Shown: positions 59,254-64,000 of the stretch, in pieces
How the letters are laid out: every line of letters starts with the position of its first letter
Position numbering within the stretch: the stretch's first letter is position 1
DNA from: Octopus vulgaris
Lineage: Eukaryota
Assembly (NCBI GenBank): GCA_951406725.2
Contig: OX597833.1
Span: 17,360,001 to 17,424,000, forward strand
Length of the DNA: 64,000 nt
Direction: 5' to 3'
Program-made: the position numbers and the translations under genes
Notes under the pieces: generated by a model
What the model saw: only the letters and a program-made list of their open reading frames with translations
Databases searched by the model: none
What the model was told of the DNA's origin: nothing

Positions 59254-60223
59254 GTATATGTGTATATATGTGTATATATGTATATACATGTAACTATGTG
59301 TGTATGTGCGATTGATCTGTAGATGCGTGTGTGAATATTGGCGTTCCTTGACTAACCAACCGTATAATTTTCTTTTGTGATTTAAATTTCAAACCAATAG
59401 CCAATCGAATTAATCTAAATTTTCTTTACCTAGTGGTCAGCATTTCTTAACTCATAGTTATTTCGATCTTGAAAGGATGGACTTGGTGCTAACTTAACTG
59501 TATCTATTTTTAGTATTTTTTATTATTATTATTTTTATTATTATTATTATTATTATTAATAGTAATTTTTATTAACTTTTATAGCTTTAGAATTTTATGA
59601 ACTGTACCACGGATTTAATTATTATTTTTCATCTCCATATGTGTTAGCCTTTTTTTTTTTTTTTTTTTATATAAAAAAAACTATTAGCCAAATATGTATA
59701 ATATCGGTACTTATTAATATTAATATATACACTGTTATATATTTTGTTTTATTTTGTTCTGTTTACCTTCCTTTTTGTACAAATGTGTATTATATTATAT
59801 AAGTGTAGCATTATGATGTATAAGTTTTTATATTTTACATTTTTATATTTTTATATTTATATGTATATGATTATATAATATTTTTCACTATTATAACAAA
59901 TTTAATTTAATTCTCTGAAGAGGCCGTGGGGCATCCTTGTTAATGCCTCATTTATACCTGCCTTTATGGCTTATAGGTTAAATGAGGTATGACTGTCCTC
60001 ACTGCCGAAACAGCTGTCAGTTTTGATTTATTTGCATATTATATTTGAAATTTTTTACTTATATCTCTTTATCTTTTTACTTTTACTATTACTGTATATC
60101 TCATTTCATTTTATATATTGCCTTTACTCATATGTAATGGTGTATTAAAGTATGGATTGGGTATCATCGGATAGTTGATGTTTTACTGATTTAAGTATGT
60201 TTCTCCATTCTCTAATTTTGTAG

Positions 60224-60224
<1 letters not shown>
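58795..60224 (+). repeat. Right arm of inverted repeat (3' pseudo-LTR of the PLE)
   Basis: Reverse complement of 53250-54692, e.g. ttctccattctctaattttgtagt versus actacaaaattagagaatggagaa. Confidence 0.95.
59913..60020 (+). ncRNA. Type I hammerhead ribozyme motif with extended stem II (PLE pseudo-LTR)
   Basis: Core CTGAAGA (59915-59921). Stem II: GGC.GTGGGG pairs with CCTCAC.GCC, with an inner helix GCCTCATTTA/TAAATGAGGT. GAAAC at 60007-60011, palindromic ACAGCTGT stem III, GTC cleavage triplet at 60016-60018. Stem I is short (CT/AG). Confidence 0.7.
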
Positions 60225-60315
<91 letters not shown>

Positions 60316-60559
60316 TGTTCTTGACAGTGGCTTCCACGCTCGGCCAACTGAGCCAGTTCGGCCTAAACTTTGAAGTCATTTTCAAGAACCTTCTTGTATA
60401 AGAATAATACATTTTTACTTTGCGAACGTACAGAGTAATCCGTCAGATTAATGTAAAATTGTTTATATTATAACTGAATATAAAAGCAAATATTAATAGA
60501 TAGACAGGCAGACACACCTACAGATAGATAGATAGATAGATAGATAGATACATACATAC

Positions 60560-60659
<100 letters not shown>

Positions 60660-60878
60660 AATTAAATAATAAGGGTAGAAATTGATGTTAATCAATTAAA
60701 ACCAGTGGCTTAGCATATTTGAAAAACCCGAAGATTAAAGATTGCGTTACATACAAAATTAAGAGGAATGACCACTAAAGTGAACACCCTATATGCTAAA
60801 CATAGACGTCAAATCGCCATTACCACGAAGAATGTGTTCTCAAGAGAAAAATCTCAGCGTTCATTCCCCTTAATTTTG

Positions 60879-60968
<90 letters not shown>

Positions 60969-60972
60969 CATG

Positions 60973-61018
<46 letters not shown>

Positions 61019-61576
61019 CAGACAGACATATAGACAGACAGACATATAGACAGACAGATAGACAGATAGATAGATAAACAGACAGACGGAGAGACAGAAA
61101 ATCCCGTAAAATGGAAGACTGACAATCACCGTTAAAGACGTAAAGCTCCAACTGAGTTGAGATATCAATTCTCCGTTCTTACACGATAGTTGTAATGGTT
61201 AATTCATAAGTCACGATGGTGATGAAGATGTTGGTGATGGTAATGGTGGTAATGGTTGGGGTGTGGTGGTGGTGGTGGAGGTGGATTTGACATTGAGGAT
61301 AATGGTTAATGTTGGTATGGTGGTTTGGTTAGGGTTAGGGTTTATCGTTCTGCTCTGTTGTCTTCTGGATTTATTGGTATCTGAGTGTTTGATATAGTTA
61401 ACCAAATTCATTTAACACTGAGTGATCTATGGACATCCGCCTGGATTTATTAATCCCCTTTATATCTTATACATATATATATGTGTGTGTGTGCGTGCGT
61501 ACGTGTGCATATGTGCATGTGTGTGTGTGCGTGTGTGTGTGTGTACATATTTATACGCCTATACCAATATATATGT

Positions 61577-61629
<53 letters not shown>

Positions 61630-61646
61630 TATATACATATATATTG

Positions 61647-61781
<135 letters not shown>

Positions 61782-61933
61782 TATATACAATATATATATA
61801 TCGTTCTTCATGTGTGTGTATATGTATTTAAAGTCATATAAAAAATATATATATGTATACATATATATATATATACATTGTATATATGTATGTGCGTATG
61901 TGTTTGCATATATACACACGCTTATGTATACAG

Positions 61934-61982
<49 letters not shown>

Positions 61983-62207
61983 GTACTAGATTTCAGAGGA
62001 AGAAGAGGAGAAGGAAGGGGCAATGAGAATTTGATAATTTAAGAGACTGCATAATTCTTCTGTAGCATATGTGTATACGTGTGTCTATGTATGTATGTAT
62101 GTATGTATGTATGTATGTATGTATGTATGTATGTATGTATGTGTGTGTGTATGTATGTATGTATGTATGTATGTATGTATGTATGTATGTATGTATGTAT
62201 GTATGTA

Positions 62208-62251
<44 letters not shown>

Positions 62252-62930
62252 TGTGTGTGCTGAAGAAGCAGAAGGAGGAAGGCCCCCGCATTTCACAATC
62301 TCCCCAGGTAAACACAACATCTGTTTCCATTTTATTCGTTCTAAATTTCTCATTGCTGAAGGTTAAAAGGAAGCCACTGTCAAATTGATTACGACGCACT
62401 TTGACGCGTTAGTCAACCCTTCTGCAACTAATATAACATATTGCTCCCTACCTTTGCTTTCATGTCTACATTAATCCTAAATTAAGCTGAGATTACCAAT
62501 AAGAAACTAGTGTTCTGTCCAGGAAATGCATGCAGGATATTATTCCCTTTTTTTTTCTCCCTTTTTTTCGTCTCTTTTTGCTCCTTTAACTCGTTTAAAA
62601 CTGATCCCTTCGAGGACTATGTTCCTCTAACATTCTCTCCCTGTCAACATCCCATCTTAAAGCAATGATTTAAAATAATATTTATGTGAGTTAATTATAT
62701 TAGAAAAAAGTCAAGACTGTGCCCGTTAGGGTTCTCCTTATATTGATGTTTGCTTGTGGTTTATGGGGGTGAAATTAGTACAGTTTAAGTTGTGGGTGTA
62801 GAAGACAACGGTTAGCAGTGGGGATAGTCATTGGAATCTTTTGATACGCATTAATTATTGAATATCCACTTGGATATTAATTGCTAAATATTTTCTTATA
62901 CACCACGCCAAACACATGCGCATATATATT

Positions 62931-63094
<164 letters not shown>

Positions 63095-63575
63095 AAAAAA
63101 GGTTTGAAAATGCAATTTAAACGATGTTTATTTACTTAACCGGTTTCACTCTTTGGTAAAAGATTGTCAAAAGTTACATTTAAGGAAACATTGAATAATA
63201 TGGGTTCAAAAAAAGTTTTTTACATAATTGTCACATTGGATATTATGAATTCAAAAATGTTTTTTTGTACATAATTGTCACATTACATGTATAAATATAG
63301 TGTTTGGTAACAGAGAAGTTCAATAGTGTGATGAGAATATTTGGGAAAATTTGGCAGAAAAGGATAAAACAAATATATTATTGGGAATTGGTTGCGTTAA
63401 TTATTGGTTGTCGCAAATTGTCACATTACATGTATATATATACAATCTTTGGTATACATATACAGCCTTTTGACAGCAAAAATTAAAATGGATTTTTTAT
63501 ACATCTCAGAACATTTCAAGTTCAAGGCGAGAATATGTTTTTACTGACCTGTCGGTATTAGCAGACACAACTCAA

Positions 63576-64000
<425 letters not shown>

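Larger units (their letters stand above)
53079..60224 (+). mobile_element. Penelope-like retroelement (EN+ PLE), near-intact, with inverted pseudo-LTRs, between (TA)n tracts
   Basis: RT plus GIY-YIG coding region at 54796-57637; long AT-rich 3' region; inverted copy of the 3' region placed 5' of the ORF; hammerhead motifs; (TA)n tracts at about 53043-53078 and 60225-60276. Confidence 0.9.

Noticed and set aside
61211-61411. Thr/Pro-rich minus-strand ORF as a possible upstream Neto exon; short ttaggg run
   Set aside because: Low-complexity (GGT/GAT) tract with no signal peptide or convincing splice pair. The telomere-like run is only about 2 units.

Overview
AT-rich, microsatellite-saturated animal genomic DNA; the tRNA-derived SINE families and repeat landscape resemble Octopus (inference, not database-checked). 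The only host coding sequence I can support is two phase-1/phase-1 exons on the minus strand (49551-49381 and 15015-14761). They are separated by a 34.4-kb intron and splice into one CUB domain of a Neto (neuropilin and tolloid-like) gene. The rest looks intronic and is packed with transposons. The most notable is a young, near-intact Penelope-like retroelement (PLE; RT plus C-terminal GIY-YIG endonuclease, about 53079-60224). It sits between (TA)n tracts and is bracketed by about 1.44-kb near-identical inverted pseudo-LTRs, each carrying a hammerhead-ribozyme motif with an unusually long stem II. Also present are several small (TA)n-flanked fold-back elements and minimal hammerhead motifs, a decayed DD37D (maT) Tc1/mariner transposase, a decayed hAT transposase with nested insertions, several MITEs, many SINE copies and a 160-bp SINE-derived tandem array. 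Most ORFs in the supplied track are translations of microsatellites or SINEs.
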